A stretch of 63,992 nt of DNA, the filler included, from Acidimicrobiia bacterium (GTDB lineage: Bacteria > Actinomycetota > Acidimicrobiia > Spongiisociales > JAENVV01), in NCBI GenBank assembly GCA_041577335.1. It is 8 parts of 8 records of this genome, joined end to end, with 100 filler letters (N's around TTAATTAATTAA, not from the genome) between each part and the next. Parts side by side here need not be neighbours in the genome. Positions count along the whole stretch, not along the records: positions 61,884 to 63,992 come from JBFGJH010000121.1; 7 more parts are not named here. The stretch is one strand, 5' to 3'. Below the pieces are notes generated by a model that saw only the letters and a list, made by a program, of their open reading frames with translations, was not told where the DNA came from and searched no databases. Shown one piece after another: positions 61,884 through 63,992 of this stretch (within the stretch, counting starts at the first letter, position 1; the number at the start of each line of letters is the position of its first letter). The translations under genes and the position numbers were made by a program.

Positions 61884-63252
61884 TCTTGCCCATGGTCTCG
61901 TTCATCATCCGGCCGAACATCTTCGGGAACCAGTAATAAGTCGCCGCGAAGATGCCGAAGATCGCCGCCACCCCCATGATCATGTGGAAGTGTACCACCA
62001 CGAAGTAGCTGTCGTGGAGGAACAGGTCCAGCGAGTTCTGGCCGAGGAAGATGCCCGACAGCCCGCCCGTGACGAACAGCGAGACGAAGCCCAGGGCGAA
62101 GAGCATCGGTGTGGTGAACCTGATCCTCGCCCCGTAGAGCGTTCCGAGCCAGTTGAAGGTCTTGATCGCCGAGGGCACGCCGATCGACAGCGTCAGGATG
62201 CTGAAGACGACCGCCGTGTACGGGTTCATGCCGCTGATGAACATGTGGTGGCCCCAGACGAAGAATCCCAGGCCCCCGATGCCGAACATGGCGATGACCA
62301 TCGCCTTGTAGCCGAAGATCGGCTTGCGGGCGAAGCTGGCCAGGATGTGGGAGGTCGCCCCCATGCCGGGGAGGATCGCGATGTAGACCTCGGGATGGCC
62401 GAAGAACCAGAACATGTGCTGCCAGAGGATCGGCGAGCCGCCGTGGTGATCGATCGGTGTGTTGGCCACGACCAGGCCGGTCGGCACGAAGAAGCTCGTT
62501 CCCGCGATCCGGTCCATCAGGAGAAGAACGCATCCGCCGAGCAGGACGGGGAAGGACAGCAAGGCCAGCACGGCGGTCGTGAACCAGCCCCAGACCGTCA
62601 GGGGCATGCGCATCAGGGTCATCCCCTTGGTGCGCATCATCAGGGTCGTGGCGATGAAGTTCAGCGCCCCGAGGAGCGACCCGGCGCAGAAGAAGGCGAT
62701 GCTGATGATCCAGAGGTTCATGCCGGCGCCCTGGCCCGGCCCGGCGATCTCGCCCAGGGCCGACAGCGGCGCGTAGGCCGTCCATCCTCCCAGCGGCGAG
62801 CCCCCCTCGACGAACAGCGCCGAGACGAGGACGACGAACCCCACGAGGGTCGTCCAGAAGGAGAGCATGTTCAGGGTAGGGAAGGCCATGTCCTCCGCCC
62901 CGACCTGGATGGGGAGGATGTAGTTTCCGAACCCGCCCTGCGGCGCCGTGGTGAGGACGAAGAAAACCATCATGGTGCCGTGCATCGTGACCATCGCGAG
63001 GTAGAACTCCGGCGTGAACACGCCGTCGGCGATCCCGGTGGGGAAGATCTTCGAGAGCGTCGGCCAGAGAACGTTCGGATAGGCGAGCTGCGCGCGCATC
63101 AGCAGGGACATCCCCATGCCCAGGAAGACCGACACCAGCGCGAGGAGCCAGTACTGGATGCCGATGATCTTGTGGTCCTTGCTGAAGATCCACTTCCGGA
63201 TGAACCCCTGCGGGGGATGATGGCCTTCGAGCGGGTGGGGATGTACGGACAT
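61884..63252 (-). CDS. ctaD: Cytochrome c oxidase subunit I (A1 type), 3' truncated
   Basis: DHKIIG, TMHGT, MAFP, GWTAY, WFFGHPEVY, WGHHMF and HFH; ATG at 63252. Confidence 0.95.
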
Positions 63253-63257
63253 GGCGG

Positions 63258-63992
63258 TCAGCTCTCCGTCTCGTGAGAAGCATCCTCCGTCGCCGGCGTT
63301 TCCTCGGCCGGAGCGAAGTACTCGGAGGCGGGTTCCTGCTCGGCGAGCCACTGCTCGTAGGCTTCGGGCTCGAGGATCTCCAGATACGCCTTCATTCTGT
63401 AGTGACCGGCCCCGCACAGCTCGGCGCACGCGATCTCGAACTTGCCCGTCCGGTTGGCCGTGAACCTCAGCGGGATGGCCAGCCCGGGCACCGTGTCCTG
63501 CTTGATGCGCAGGGTCGGCAGGAAGAAGCTGTGGAGGACGTCCTTGGACCGGAGGGTCAGCTCCACGGGCCTGTTCACCGGGACGACGAGCTGGTTGATC
63601 AGAACCAGGTCGTCCCGCCCGGCCGGGTCGTCGGGGAAGATCCCGACGTCGTTGACGGCCGGCTCGTAGAGGGCCGGGGAGGTCCGTCCGAACTCCCCGT
63701 CGGGGCCCGGATAGCGAACGTTCCACTGGAACTGCTGGCCTGTGATTTCGATCTGCAGCGTCCCGGGGGGCGAGCTGGTCAGGTGGACCTGCGCCCAGAG
63801 GCGCTGTCCGAGGATGGCCAGGCCGATGAACACGACGCTGGTGACGACGATCCCGCCGACCTCGATGAACGTGCTGCCGTGGATGTACCGGGCGCGCTCG
63901 TTGCCCCTCGCGCGGTAGCGGAACACGAACCAGCCGAGCAGGAGCTGGGCGGCGATGAACGCCACGCCGACGATGATCGTCGTGAGCATGAA
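63258..63992 (-). CDS. ctaC: Cytochrome c oxidase subunit II, 5' part outside the window
   Basis: GQQFQW, DVLHSF, KQDTVPG and CuA motif CAELCGAGHYRM. Confidence 0.93.
   Translation of the reverse strand, partial: FMLTTIIVGVAFIAAQLLLGWFVFRYRARGNERARYIHGSTFIEVGGIVVTSVVFIGLAILGQRLWAQVHLTSSPPGTLQIEITGQQFQWNVRYPGPDGEFGRTSPALYEPAVNDVGIFPDDPAGRDDLVLINQLVVPVNRPVELTLRSKDVLHSFFLPTLRIKQDTVPGLAIPLRFTANRTGKFEIACAELCGAGHYRMKAYLEILEPEAYEQWLAEQEPASEYFAPAEETPATEDASHETES

Overview
GC-rich sequence that is not contiguous. Eight contigs (six complete ones of about 9.4 to 7.1 kb in descending length, plus two cut by the window edges) are joined by 100-nt N44-TTAATTAATTAA-N44 linkers, which is typical of a draft or metagenome-assembled genome. 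Gene content and regulatory motifs point to an actinobacterium, probably Acidimicrobiia-like (inference): an F420 DDN reductase, a GAAC-N4-GTTC LexA box, DosR-like boxes and SLH proteins. Contig 1 holds an expanded myo-inositol catabolic cluster with two perfect LacI-type operators and a chimeric RecQ-derived end. Contig 2 holds a Liv-type ABC operon, an MFS gene, a LexA-boxed uncharacterised Cys/His protein coupled to an unannotated 41-aa Glu/Pro-repeat peptide, an alkA-like gene and a GyrI-like gene. Contig 3 holds a lipoprotein, a two-component pair, an FtsH-like protease, an MDR dehydrogenase, DDN, a HAD pseudogene and an M28 peptidase. Contig 4 holds an orphan eCIS/T4-gp19-type tail-tube gene with a coupled partner, an ABC-2 exporter and envelope genes. 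Contig 5 holds an SLH protein, a PRTase, an amidase-SH3 and nifJ plus a DHOD-like gene. Contig 6 is a galactoside uptake/utilisation locus. Contig 7 holds a UvrD-HRDC helicase and a MoxR-DUF58-VWA operon. Contig 8 holds cytochrome c oxidase II/I and may come from a different organism. The best candidates for an undescribed system are the SOS-boxed two-gene module at 17202-18110 and the sheath-less tube operon at 28996-29789. All family assignments come from motif recognition; no searches were run.
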